Positions 36,718 to 50,044 of a DNA stretch of 64,000 bases are shown piece after piece (the first letter of the stretch is position 1; every line of letters starts with the position of its first letter). The position numbers and the translations under genes were made by a program. The notes under the pieces were generated by a model. It searched no databases. It was given only the letters and a program-made list of their open reading frames with translations, and was not told the origin of the DNA. Origin of the DNA: Zootoca vivipara (Eukaryota); NCBI RefSeq assembly GCF_963506605.1, contig NC_083280.1, positions 36,704,001 to 36,768,000 on the forward strand. The letters run 5' to 3'.

Positions 36718-36932
36718 TAGGGTTGCCAGACTCAAGAGAGGACAGGACTTCTGTGCCTTTAATTGCCCTGCTCTCTTTTGAGTCTGGAAACCTTAAAGAG
36801 AAACCAGCAGACCCTTTGCTTGGAAATTAAACAAAGGGTCTGCTGGTTTCTCTTTAAGGTTTCCAGACTCAAAAGAGAGCAGGGCAATTAAAGGCACAGA
36901 AGTCCTGTTCTCTATTGAGTCTGGCAGCCCTA
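36718..36932. mobile_element. Foldback hAT (Blackjack-like) MITE, ~100-bp inverted arms
   Basis: TAGGGTTGCCAGACTCAA / TTGAGTCTGGCAGCCCTA; TSD GGAGCCAC/GGAACCAC. Confidence 0.9.
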
Positions 36933-37277
36933 GGAACCACTACTGAAAAGGCTCTCCTTTTATTTGTCACCTTTAAACAAGTCTCTGCAGATTGCAGGGT
37001 GATCAGAAGGCAAACATTTGTGTTTTCACAAGACAGTGTACATTTATTCATTTACTGTAATGGATTTATGTCCAGCCTTTCTTCTCTAAGGAACCCAGGG
37101 CGGCAAACAACAGATACACAGTATAAAAGCAACAATGAAGCAAAACAATTGCAAAACAATTCCCCACTTGGCCATGAAGCTCATTGGACCTCAGCCAGTC
37201 ACTGCCTCTCAGCCTAACCTACCTCACAGGGTTGTTGAGCTCCTTGGAGAAAAAGGTGGAATATAAATGCAATAAAA

Positions 37278-37308
<31 letters not shown>

Positions 37309-38531
37309 ATAGAGCCTTCTGAATGAGCATTAACGGGCCTCTTTTATGGGATCCGTGTTTCCATTGGAGGTTTGATTTTCAAATGTATTATTTTTATTTT
37401 GGAAGCGTTTCTTCAAGAATGGGAGCAAGGAGCTGAAAGAAAAAGCTCGCCTGCTATTTTTCCAGTTTATTTCATTTTCTCAGAATTTCCTCTCTTGCTT
37501 TCTATTCCAACCTCCCCCCCCCCTGTTCAGATTCAACATTTTTTGACAGCTGGAAAAAATAACATGTTTCCATTGCCATGGCAATGCACTTCTAAACCTT
37601 GGATGGGCTCTGAGGAATGCCAAGTGCTCTAGGCCATTCGGCAGCCTTTCGGGGAGAAGTTATTACAGTTTCCATAAAAGAACATACAGCTTTGTAAGCG
37701 GTTTTGGCGTCCACACTTCATCCATGCAGGTGGGCGGTTGTACGCAGGGCCCTGACGGCAGCTTCAGAACCACATTATGGGATTGTAAGACCGAGCGCCA
37801 AAAAGCATGGCATGACTTCACACTGGTTTTTATGCTAAAAGCAAAGACCGCATGTTAAGGCAATTAAAATGTGGGTGGGTATATTCTCCAGTGAGTGTCA
37901 CTTTCCACACTTGGCATATTACGTTTATTTTTATGTCCCCAACACCTAACAACCCTCCAAGGTTTTTTTGTACTTTTCCACCACCCATGGTTTTGAGCAC
38001 ACCCAGGAGGATTGTAATCGAAGCCATGTTGATACAACGGGAGAGCTATTGGAACAAGTGGCATGTCATTTCTATAGCTATTACATCTCAGCACAGGTGC
38101 TGGTTTTAACTTGTGAATTCCTAAATGACCAGGGCCCAGGATTACGGACTTAGGGAGTGATAGCTCCTAGGTGAACCGACCTACGTGAAGATCTGGGTCT
38201 TCAACCAAAGCCCTGCTTTACAACTCTCTGCCATCTGATATAAGGGACATCATGTGGGACAGAGCCTTCTTGGTGCTTGCACCCAACATCTGAAATTCCC
38301 TTTCACAGAAAGTCCACTTGGCCTCTTCGCTTCTTGATTTTCACTGCCCTGTCATTGTTATTTCCAGAGGGTGTTTAAGAGAATGGTCAATTGAGTATGA
38401 TTTGAGGTGTTAACTCTCCATATGAAGATAGGAATCTCCCTTATATTGGAGCCAGATCATTGCTTTATCTAGTTTAGTACTGCCCACACTAACTGGCAGC
38501 AACCCTGCAGTGTTTCCCCAGCTCTACCTGG

Positions 38532-38532
<1 letters not shown>

Positions 38533-38581
<49 letters not shown>

Positions 38582-38928
38582 GTACCCCTGACCTTTAGGT
38601 CCAGTTGCAGACGACTCTGGGTTGCATGCTCATCTCGCTCTATAGGCCAAGGGAGCCGGTGTTTGTCAGCAGAGAGCTTCCGGGTCATGGCCACCATGAC
38701 TCAGCCACTTCTAGTGAACCAGAGCAGCACACAGAAACGCCGTTTACCTTCCTACCAGAGTGGTACCTATTTATCTACTTGCACTTGACGTGCTTTTGAA
38801 CTGCTAGGTGGGCAAGAGCTGGAACCGAACAACGGGAGCTCACCTTGTCGCGGGGATTCGAACTGCTGACCTTCCGATCGGCAAACCTTAGGCTCTGTGG
38901 TTTAGACCACAGCGCCACCCACGTCCCT
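38533..38928 (-). mobile_element. Sauria SINE with (CAA)n microsatellite at its tail (38533-38579)
   Basis: Homologous to the copies at 35.0, 50.1 and 57.7 kb. Confidence 0.9.
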
Positions 38929-39250
38929 AATAATAATAATAATAAATTTATATCCCGCCCATCTTTGTGGCTCCCAATAGAATATTAAAAATACGATAAA
39001 TACATCAAACATTAAAAACTTTCCTAAACTGGTCTGCCTGTCTAGATGTTTTCTAAGAGTCAGGTAGTTGTTTATTTCCTTGATATCTGATGGGAGGGCA
39101 TTCCACAGGGCAGGTGCCACTACTGAGAAGGCCCTCTGCCTGGTTGCTTGTAGCCTCACTTCTCACAGTGAGGGAACCATCAGAAGGCCCTCGGCCCTGA
39201 ACCTCAGTGTCTGGGCTCAATGATGGGGGTGGAGACGCTCCTTCAGGTAT
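38929..39250 (-). mobile_element. L2 LINE 3' fragment
   Basis: TRQRAFSVVAPALWNALPSDI; (ATT)n tail. Confidence 0.88.
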
Positions 39251-39920
39251 TTGAACCTGTAACCTTCTGATCACTCTCTCTTGCTGCTGAGTTTTCCTTT
39301 TTGAGGATTGTGCTACTGTTTCATGTTATCGTTTAAAACTTTCAATAATGATAGTCTAGTGTCTTGTTTTGTGTTTACATTGGGATGTGTTAGCTACCTT
39401 GGGCGACAGAAAGGAAGGATCTAAAATATTTCCACACATAAAACTGCCTCAGCTTCAGTAAATGAGACCCACCCGTAAGGTCCAACTTTGGATGCCAACA
39501 CCATCTAAAACAAGATGGCCGGAAAGAGCACTAACTCCTTCTTTATTTTGGCAGTTCCATTCATGGCTTTTCCTCCCCAGCTGCAGTGGAGCATTTAGAA
39601 AACCAGCCAAGACTGTTTTCATCTTTGAAAGCTGGGAACCAGTTATCCCATTCACTCCAGTTATTGCTGGTTTAATTCCCCTGCTGTTGTTAACTCTTCA
39701 TACAATGAACACTTCAATTTCATTTTGTGTAAGTTTTACTACTGTGGTGGTGTCTTCTTCATCATTTATATTCACGCCACCTTGACATCCCCAGAAGAGA
39801 TCAAAGGTGCAAGTGTAAAAATGAATAAATAGTGATGTGTGTTTGGAAGCAAGTCCCCTTGCCTCCTGTGAAACTTACTTTTTTAGAATAAAAAATATTA
39901 ATGGGCAGAGGAGTCCTATA

Positions 39921-40098
39921 CAGTGGTACCTCGGAAGTCGAACGGTCGCTCCTGCAGCCAATTGGAAGCCGCGGAAGCTGTGCCAGACGTTTGGGTTCCA
40001 AAGAACGTTCGCAAACCGGAACACTCACTTCCGGGTTTGCGGCGTTCGGGAGCCAAAACGTTTGACTTGCAAGGCGTTCGGGATCCAAGGTACGACAG
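39921..40098. mobile_element. Tigger/pogo-type MITE
   Basis: TA|CAGTGGTACCTCGG ... CCAAGGTACGACAG|TA. Confidence 0.8.
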
Positions 40099-41982
40099 TA
40101 CTCACATTGCAGTGTTCCTGGAGATATGCCACTTCCACAGTGGTGAAACAGCCACAAAAAACTGGTGCATGCTCAACCCAAGGAGGGAGGAGACAACACA
40201 GAGCTGCCTGGTCCTAACGTTAGGCAGTGTGAGGCAACTGCCTCAGGCGGCAAAAGTTGGGGGAGTGGGAGCAGCAGCAGCAGAGCCCCAATTGCTTCTC
40301 CTGAGGCCTCCCGCCACTTATAAGTCATTGCATAGAAGACATGGCCTGTGCTGCCATCATCTAAGCTCATTTGCTGCCCTCCAAAGGGGCAATGGGAGAG
40401 ACTGTTCTGTCACCAGTACTGAAGGAAAGTTCATCTGTGAACCCACTTAGCTCCTGTGCATCAAATGCTGGGAGTGTGCGAGTGCTTGCCATTTTGTCCT
40501 TTGCCTTAGGTGGCAAAATATTTTGGGCTGGCCCTGGGAAAACAAGCCCCCCAAAAGGTGTAAAATGATAGGAATATCCATAGCTTCCTTGGAAACGAAA
40601 TCATTGCATGCCAGCCAGAGACTGTGCCACACACTGAGGCAGACAACAAGCTCATGACAACTTGGACACACACCACTGTATCGCAATATACAAGATGACA
40701 CCACAGTATCCCCACCCTGTCAGCCTTAAAGGCACAGTCCCCTACTGCACGTCCCCAGGCGTCCCATTCCCCACTCAGCAGCGCTACAAATCCTCCTCGT
40801 GCTTCTCTCAGTCGCTGTTTTGTGACCACTGAGCATAAAGAGGAGGAAGGAGAGGTCATAGAACACAGTCCTCTCTGGGCAGGACATCTGCAAACATAGT
40901 ATAGTGCCAACAGAGTTTAGTGTCTTTCTTAAAAAAACTCCAGGAAAGATCACTGACCTGGCCACAGACAAAATGTTAATACCACACTTCAATTAAAGGC
41001 AAATTGTCCTGTTTTTGGGAATCATCTGGTGCCATCTCTAGACTTATGAGCATTAGGTCTTGAACTAGATGAGCAGAAATCAGTGCAGGATATGGAAAAA
41101 ATGATGTTGCATTTATATTATATAACCACCTTTCCATTATAAATCAAATTTTAAATGCACTTCCAAAGGGTTGGCAGTGGTTGGTTTTTTTAATTAAAAA
41201 AAATAGAAATGTATTGGCCAGAACACAAAATACTCAAGATCGTTTGAATGTTAGGAAATCTGGCTACCTACATGGGCTGTTTTGTTTATTGTAAAATGTT
41301 TCATTAATTTGAAAATACCTTTAAAACACAGTTTGGGCTTCTAGCTGCAGATTTGTCCTAAATCTGAACTTGCCATATTTTAGAGCAGGTTGGGCATCTA
41401 ATCTGGTCTGCCTAGTGTGATGAAGTTTTAAAACCGGGTCACCCTGCCCTTGTAGATGGCAAGCCATTAACCCTTTAAAAGGAGTATTCCTGATTCCATG
41501 CACAAGAAAGTGCATTCTCATCTTTTTCCAGGAACGAAGCGCTCGGGAATACTATTAACTTTAAAATACAAGTCATGTTAGCAGTATGCACTGTTTCCAT
41601 CTTTGTCAGACATCCGGTCTCCTAAATCTGCCCACAAAGAGTCATCTGTGTTCCCTTTTGATTCCCCACCCATCCTTCTACCTTGTCTGCAACCGATATT
41701 TGATTTCTAAAACCAGAAGGGGTGAGGTTTGTAGGCCTGGAAACCACAGGTCCTGTTATGTGTGTACAGTATCTGATGCGAGGTGCGTGGTGAGTGGTGG
41801 GTGGGATTCCTTTTGTGGTCATCATTCAGTGATAAAAGAAACGGTATGTTCCCAGGATTGGAAAGAGACTTAGTCAGATGAAGCTTTGCGTAGAAACTTG
41901 TGAGGGGCAAAACTTCCAGAATCTTATTCAGTAGCACAGCAGCTTCTATAGATATATGCCCCCTTTGTCGATATCCTATACC

Positions 41983-42304
41983 CAGTGGTGTAGCATGGAG
42001 GGGGCCAAAGGGACAGTTGACCCAGGCACAAAATTGTTTGGGGCGCAAAAATTTAACACCCAGTGCTGTCTCAATACAACTGCACTCTTCTGTCACTGGG
42101 CTCCGTTGAAAACAGCTTCTCCATTGTGAACCAGGAAGTGACCTCTCCAGAAAGCAGAACAACTCTTGTGATCTCTGTGGCTGTGGTCTCTTAGGTGACG
42201 CAGACACCGTTAGGCAGTTGAATGTGCATGTGTACTCTGTCCATTTCCCTGCCACCCGCCCCTCCATGTGGCCCCGGGCACTGGCAATCCATGCTACACC
42301 ACTG
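41983..42304. mobile_element. hAT (Tip100-like) MITE
   Basis: Perfect 17-bp TIR CAGTGGTGTAGCATGGA; TSD degenerate. Confidence 0.8.
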
Positions 42305-44533
42305 CCCATTCTGTTTTGGTGGTGGAGTGGAAAAGTTTGTTAACACCTTACAGACACCATTCAGCAGAGATCAGCAGGACAGCATGAGCTCTGATCACCA
42401 ACACACAATGGTGTAAAAGATCATGTAAACACTATACCTTTAAAACACATTCAAAGCATATTCTTTCCCTCAAAGAATTCTGGGCTCTGTAGGTTACCCC
42501 TCACAGAGTTACAATTCCCAGCAAGCCTTAACAAACTACAGCATCCAGAATTCTTTGAAGGGGGAGATGTGCTTTAAAGTTATGGTGCATATAAAGCCCA
42601 AGATAGAAGTAAAAAGGAAAGAACTATAGCCTGGGAAAAGAGCAAACCTAGCAATCCCACTCCAAGTTTACTAAATTCATAGGTCAGGATATGTTTCCAG
42701 CATCTTTTGCACCTGGCTGATTCAAGATCTTCGTAACATGTATTTTAACTTTTTTAGGAGGTGTTTATTCTAACGATGTTGCCTACAGGAACATCAACCA
42801 GTCATTTCTGAAAATACATTTTTGAGTCTTGTTGTTTTTGGGAAGAGCCTGGCTGTTTGTGGGTGGGAGACTCTTTGAACCACCTCCTCAGAACGAGTCT
42901 CAGCATCTGTGGAAATACCCAAGAGCAGGTTCCTTTTCCTCCCAGACAAGGTGGGGCCCCAAAGCAGTCACTGCATATTGCTCAATGGACACCGAGCATT
43001 CAAAATATTCCAACCATTTCCCAGAGGTTAAGCAAACAAGGATTATACCTGGGCCCAGCCTATGCCAGCACCAGCCTTTATTCAATAGAGGCAAAATAGC
43101 AGAGTATCCAGAGAATGTTCTCTTAACTGTGAGCAGAGCACAGAGCAGGCAGAAGATGGAGAGGGACAGCAAAAATATTGGTGAAGGACAGCTTCCCAGA
43201 CCTATAGGAAAAGCAACGAGCCTCATCCTGTGCATTCCCATGAACATCTGGAAACATAAATTGTTGTTAACAAAAGGTACAGTTAGTCACATGTCTGCTA
43301 GTGGATGGGAACCGAAGTCCAACAACTTCTGGAATAGTTGTATTATCAGCAGTCTCACAGCTGATTTAAACTAGTTGAGTCAAAGGTGACTGAGATGATT
43401 CAGAGACACTATCGAGGTGTCTCTCTCGCTGCTTGTTTAGCATATGTGCCACACCATATATTCACTATATTAGCATAGCAAGCTAATAACCTTCCATTAA
43501 GAAAAACCCGTTGGCATCTTTGCCTTTTCGTGGAATAGATGTTGCCACATACATTATAAAGATATGCTTGGTTTCATTAATGAAATATGTGCAGAAGGCG
43601 AGAGCCTTTTAATTATGGATGTCTTCCCCCCACCCCACCCCACCAAGTCTCCTACATGCGGGCAGCAAAGGAAAGAGGTTTGTTTCCAGCACATCTCTTG
43701 CAATGACTCTACCAAACTTTTCCATCCAGAAACTTTCCCGCACCAACGTAGGCTTTTTAGACAAGCGCAAATAATTCGAAATTTCTAACCTGACCTGAGG
43801 TCCCCAAAGCATATGCTGGTACCTTCAATTCAAACATCTGAAAATCCAGTTTACAAAAACCACCGGATGCTGATAGCTGATCTCCCATAACTGATATTAA
43901 ATGTGTTTTCTTGACAATTTGCTACAAAGCCATAGTCAAGACCAGGATATTCCTTGCAGTCACAGCAACCCCAGACTCCTGTAAGCTACATATATAAGGG
44001 AGGGGCCTTTCTCATACCCCTAAAAATAGGGTAAGAGACGCTCCACCTCCGCAAAGACCGACTAACAACTTCCATCTGTGGGAAAGGCATGGTTAGGCCT
44101 GGAATGACTTCCAGGCATGGTTAGGCCTGGAATGACTTGTATAGCAACTTGGCTCTGGGCAAAGAGGGGCTGACTAATTTTCTTTGTGTAACAAGTAGAG
44201 TTGGCACCTTCCCCCCATCCCGACGGAGATTTAACAGTTGCATCACAGGCAGAAATCTAAAAAGTCTTACTTTCCCATCACTGCAACGCCAAGCCTGGAA
44301 AGGTTGTGCAAGTTGTATTTCTGACTTTTATACAGACAATAAAGGCACACTTTCTGTGGTGGAAAAGAAAGGTTGAAAACCAACTACACTCATACTGTTC
44401 TATATTGTTGCATGCCACCCCAATCTCCGAGCGGTGAAAGACTCCAAGGGCTCCCCCAGGGCTTGTGTTTCCTTCGGAATGGCGCATAGCTGAGCTTGTG
44501 GTGTCTTTATATCATATACATTTTATTCATACA

Positions 44534-45168
44534 CTAGCTGGCCCAGCCACGCATTGCTGTGGCTCATCTCTGTGATTCCCCCCACCCTGTCCTGATCCAT
44601 GACGTATCCCGTCCCCTCCTCCCCCCACCCCAGGTCTTCCCTGTGAGTGGTCCCACCGTGTCTCGACCCATGAGCTATCCCGTCCCCGCCCCCCCATCCC
44701 AGGCTCATCCCTGTGATTCCCCCCACCCTGTCCCAATCAATGACATATCCCATCCCCTCCCCCCAACCCCCATCCAGGTGAGCCCCCACTTCCATTTGGC
44801 CTAGTCTGTAAAGGCGAGCCGAGGTGCTGTGGAGAGGGAAGGTTTTCTAGCTGCAGTACCAGTGTAGCCGCCGCTAGAGGGTGAAGGTTTTGTATCTGCA
44901 GTACCAGTGTAGCTGCCGCTAGAGGGCGATGTTTTGTAACCTGGTTCTTTCCCCAGCATGCTCGACAGGGTCTCCTGGCTGACTTTTTAGGTCCTAAAAA
45001 CGGGGTTTTAGCTTGCGCAGGTGTGACATTTGTATACCCCATGTAGCTAGGAACACTCGCATAGTGGCATGTGACGTTGTGTCCAAATTTCATCGCTATC
45101 GCTCAAGCGGTTTCGGTGAAAAGTGGAAACCAATGGACATGGCCAGTTTACATTTTTATATATATAGA
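44534..45168 (-). mobile_element. Non-autonomous Helitron
   Basis: Minus strand A|TC...CTAG|T insertion with no TSD; subterminal hairpin GCCACAGCAATGCGTGGC 8 nt before the terminal CTAG. Confidence 0.85.
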
Positions 45169-46201
45169 TACAGTATATACAACCTGAGCCTAAATAAATC
45201 TGCCTGACCAGCTTTAACCAGTCCCTCTGTGGAAGTGGACTTTTAAAGAAAGACACATGAGCAGGAATTGGGAGGGATCTAGCATTCCCTGCTGCCCTGC
45301 ACAGATCTTTCCTGGAATTTCAATTCTGACATAACTTTTCCACAGGTACTTCTCTACTTGAGTATTTCCAAAACTGCTGGCTGTAGGGTGGTCATAGACG
45401 CAGCAGAGGCCCAAGGCTCTCTCTGTATCTTAGTAGTAGCAATTCTTTAAAAGAGGGCATTTTGGGGTGCAGGCTGTTGAACCTGTTAATCTTTTGTGTC
45501 TGGTTGCTCCCCAAAAGCCAATACCTATCTTCAGGATATGCATACTTGGCCTGGGTAAAATTACCCAGCCCAACCCCCGAGGAGCCGCCTGTATCTTTGA
45601 GAGATGCACAGGAGAGAAGATTCCTGTCCTCTAGATATTCGTCTCTTGTCACTCAAGCACTTTGCTGGGAAAAGTGGCACTACGTGAAATTCTCCCTGGC
45701 GCACAGCTCTCAGAGGTGCTCTGGGAGCTTGCCCCTGGCAATGAACCATCAGTGTGCGCAAGCAGCAGGGTGGATCATGGGAGCACATGCTCTGGGAAGA
45801 GTATTCGCCAGTTCTGACTCATCACAGCTTGCATGCCGCATCTTGAATATACCTGCCCTCCATGCAGTGCTGGGAAGCAGTGTAGCCTACATGCAAAATG
45901 GACCAGGCTTCATGACTGACGTCTACCCATATCTCTGCTTGGGTGGGAAGGGGGTGCGTTCTGAATTCCATTCATACTAGGGTTGCCGGTTTTCCCACCA
46001 GCCAGCATAGCTGCGCCTTGAACACCAGCTTAATCCACAGACATTAGCAGGTGCTGCTGTTTCTCTTTAGAGAATCATAGAATAGTACAGTTGGAAGGGA
46101 TCCCAAGGGTCATCTACTGCAAGCCTCTGCAATGCGTGAATCTCGGCTAAAGCACCTGTGACAGATGGCCATACGACCTCTGCTTAAAAAACTCCAAGGA
46201 A

Positions 46202-46455
46202 ATAGCCTTTGTGTAAACTCTGTAAATAATATATATTAAGGAAAAAGACATAGAAATAGTAAATATTGTGTTATTAAATAACTAGACAAATTTATGCAAT
46301 ATGTTTATCAAAATGAAAGTAATACGGAGGGGACGGGAAGAAAATTTATTGTTGGAAAATGTATGTATTTTTTGTGACTTGATGTTTTTGATTGATAATA
46401 ATCATTATGAGTTTATGTTGTACAAATGCAATTATGAACAATAAAGCATTAAAAA
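46202..46455 (+). mobile_element. L1-type retrotransposed poly(A) insertion nested in a CR1-like fragment (about 46069-46492)
   Basis: AATAAA 46440-46445, poly(A), 16-bp TSD AAAAAACTCCAAGGAA at a TT/AAAA site. Confidence 0.82.
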
Positions 46456-49400
46456 AAAAAACTCCAAGGAAGGAGAGTCCACAATCTCCCAAGAAAACCC
46501 CACCCTCTGGTTTGGACACATAAAGCTGTAATTAAAGGCACATTAACCATAGTTCATTTTCTTGCTCACTTGACAACTTTTTTATTTATTTTAAGAACAC
46601 CTAGCCTGGCTTATATGCCAGTCATACTATTGGGAGTTAGCATAGTTTTGCGACTAAGAGACTGAACCTCTTTCCCAGTTTTGCCTCTGCTACAAAAGCA
46701 CTGGGAGATTTTAGCTAAACATTCTCTGCTTTCCCATCTGTGGTATGCCACTTCTGCAGGTTGGGATGTTGGGAGCAGGGTCGGAAGAAAAGGTGGCGAC
46801 TCAACTTTCAATGTGCCACAGCACAGGCTAATCCATTTCTGTATGCACGAACAGTCAGATGGCAGTTTGTGATGCTCAGTACATCTTGCCATGCTAAAAT
46901 GATGTCATGAATTGACCCCTGGTCGCTTGCAGAAGTAGCCTACAGCTGAACAACTCACAATAAATCATGAGTAGAGTCTGGGGGTCTCCCCCCCACCCCA
47001 CTCCCCTGCTCAGGAATGCCTGCAAATAGCTTTCAAAAGTAGCCCACCATTATTTTTATTACATGTTAAGCTTATCTCATCAGCGGCTAGCATCTGCAAA
47101 TATTTGCTGCACCAGCTAGTTCTAACTAGCTGCTGGATTAAACGGCATTGAATTGTTTCTTTTTTGTGTACATTTATTTAGCACAAGCACTTTTTGGCGT
47201 GAATACTTGCATACACATACCACTAGAAGTGGAATTTGAATTCTAGATACAATTGAACTCAAGGATATACGGGAAACTGCTGCTCATTGTATTTCAGTAC
47301 TATTTGCCCAGCCCTGTTAAGAAGGCATGTCTGCCTGGAGCCTGCAAACATGGCTTGGAGGTGGTTCATATACTCACTTGCTTTGCACATTGTCCAACCA
47401 GTTAGACCAGACGTGGCATCTCAGAAATGCTCATCAGTGTCTGCTGCTGGCATACCAAGGTTAAACTGGGTGGACCGAGTCTCCCAAAAAAAGAGCAGGT
47501 TCCCCAGCAAAATTTAATCCAGCCACACTGACTCCAATACACATTGTCAAAAGCTTTTCTCATCTGGGGAATAGGATGACACCAGAGCAAGCATTTGAGG
47601 ACTCTGGTTTTAATAGCATATGAATGAGAGCAATTTCATGTAGGCCGATTCCATGCACACTCACTTAAGAGCAAGTCCCATTGAACCTAATGGGGCTTAC
47701 ATTTGGAAAAAACCAAATGTGTGTATGATTTCACTGCAATGTGTCATTATGGGCTTCAACTCCGGTGCATATAAATATGGGTGTTTGTTTAAGGGGTTGG
47801 AGAATGTTGGTTCGCTGTACTGACCTCATCAGAAACTAGAGCTGGTACTGGGGAAACTGGCAAGGTGTCCCCCACCCCCAATATTGGGTGCCTCCAGATT
47901 GTCCCTATTATTTTGGGAGAAGGATTCAAGCTCATGCTTGAACTTTAGGCTTTTCAAGCACTCTGTGGCCCTAGCACAATAATATTAGGAAAGTGACCTG
48001 GAAATGCACTGGGAGATAAAGGAACGGCCAGCCAGCAAAACAGGATGAATCCTCATTGCAACGCTCAGCAGGCCCTCTCAAGGAGTTTGGTGGAACTTAT
48101 TTCCAAATAGGTATGATTGTAGGAGGGCAGCCAACATTGCAGCCTCTTCCAGAGCTGCTTCATATTACAGCTCTTCTGTACGGCACTCACCTTCTACCTG
48201 CAGGCAGATTGTTGTCCGATTATCCTTAATGTATATACATTTCTGCATGCACACATACTTAGTGGTTATTGCATGAGATGTTCTACACATCTTTGCAGGG
48301 AGACATTCATTTCCACACGAAAAGAACTCTGGAATGTATAGCAAGCCCTTTAAGCAGTGGGATTTTTTTTAAGCGGCAGCAATGCTACGAATCTAACAAA
48401 CAGGGGAAATGGAGGAAGAAGGTTTCTCCCTTGCCTTGCCCCAAGGTTGCGGAGGTGGTGGGAAAGAAAGATTGAAGGAGCTGATTCAAAAACAGCTCGC
48501 TCTCATTCTCTCCGATTTCTTTTTTCTTTTTCTTTTTTGGCCTTTTTAGAATTCTGGGAAGAGAGAAAATAGCCACAGTTATTCCAAGCATGTCAGGATA
48601 ATAACAGGCTGTTTACTGTTTATACGCGAGGAATGTCAGGCAGGCAGTACAGTGCAGGCAAGGAGGAGGGGAGATTTGGCAGGCTTGTTCAGACATACAA
48701 GATCTTCTGCTTATTCAAGCAAATGGAGAGCGATGCGTAGATCCTGGCTTTGTTCTATCTGAGATGCACAGAGCACCAAATGCTCTTGATATATAGGTCA
48801 TATACATTCCTATATGCTGTGATTCAGCCCCATCTGATTTGGAAGCGATGTGATGGCACGTCAGGCAAAGCATTGCCAAACCCTCAGAGAAAAGGGGCCC
48901 TTTCATAAGTCTTTGTGAGGCGACGAACCTGCGGCTTGCGGCTGATCCTCTGTGCCTTTGTCCTCACGGCCCACCCTGACCTGGTGGCAGCTTACACACT
49001 TCTGCCATCTTGCTTCTTTCCCTGGGGTCAGATACCGTTTCTTCTTCACCATTTCCTGGTGAGCCATCACATCATGATGGCTTCAAGGAATTTGTTTCCT
49101 TGCACGTCCTCATATTTCAAACGCTCGCCTAAAGAATCCTGCTATCACTATTGTGTCAACATTTAGTCTCAACAGCAAGTCCGCTTGGTGGTTGTGAAGA
49201 GGGATGGATATATATCTAGATTCCACTGTGTCTATATCTAGACACAACACTTTGTGTCTACGCACATGCCCCGATATTTATTCTATCATGATCTTACTAT
49301 GGCTGCCTTTAAAAAAATAAAAAATAAAATAATCTGGGCACTCTGGTCTGAATACTTTTGAATATGCACAAGAATTCCCTTACCTTTGTAAGAGAATCCA

Positions 49401-49534
49401 GCTTCTAATTTTTAAAAATGGGTCTAAGCAGTGGGCAAAAGGCCTCTGAATGGTTTGGATTCATACTTGGACATGTTTAGAGTAGACCCACTGAAATGAA
49501 TGGCTAACTTAGTCATAACTGAGTAAAATTGCAC

Positions 49535-49879
49535 TTTAAAGCCCTAAATGGCCTCGGTCCAGTATACCTGAAGGAGCGTCTCCACCCCCATCGTTCTGCC
49601 CGGACACTGACGTCCAGTACCGAGGGCCTTCTGGTGGTTCCCTCGCTGCGAGAAGCCAAGCTGCAGGGAACCAGGCAGAGGGCCTTCTCGGTGGTGGCAC
49701 CCACCCTGTGGAACGCCCTCCCATCAGATGTCAAGGAGAAAAATAGCTACCAGATTTTTAGAAGACATCTGAAGGCAGCCCTGTTTAGGGAGGCTTTTAA
49801 TGTTTAATAGATTATTTTATTTCATTTTTCTGTTGGAAGCCGCCCAGAGTGGCTGGGCAAAACAGGGGTATAAATAATA

Positions 49880-49927
<48 letters not shown>
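49535..49927 (+). mobile_element. L2 LINE 3' fragment with (ATT)n tail
   Basis: FKALNGLGPVYLKERL...RAFSVVAPTLWNALPSDV...FRRHLKAALFREAF. Confidence 0.9.
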
Positions 49928-49928
<1 letters not shown>

Positions 49929-50044
49929 TGTTGCAACCGATCTACTCTAAGCGTGGCTAAGTCTGGCTCCAATCCTATATGTGCAAAATGCCTCTTTCCT
50001 CTGATAGGAAGCCTTCCCCCCTTATATCAAACTAAGGACATAAT

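Noticed and set aside
38510-38788. Poly-Thr ORF
   Set aside because: (CAA)n microsatellite plus Sauria SINE
41707-43374. 200-aa and 181-aa ORFs
   Set aside because: No recognisable domain or exon structure; the first runs through a hAT MITE
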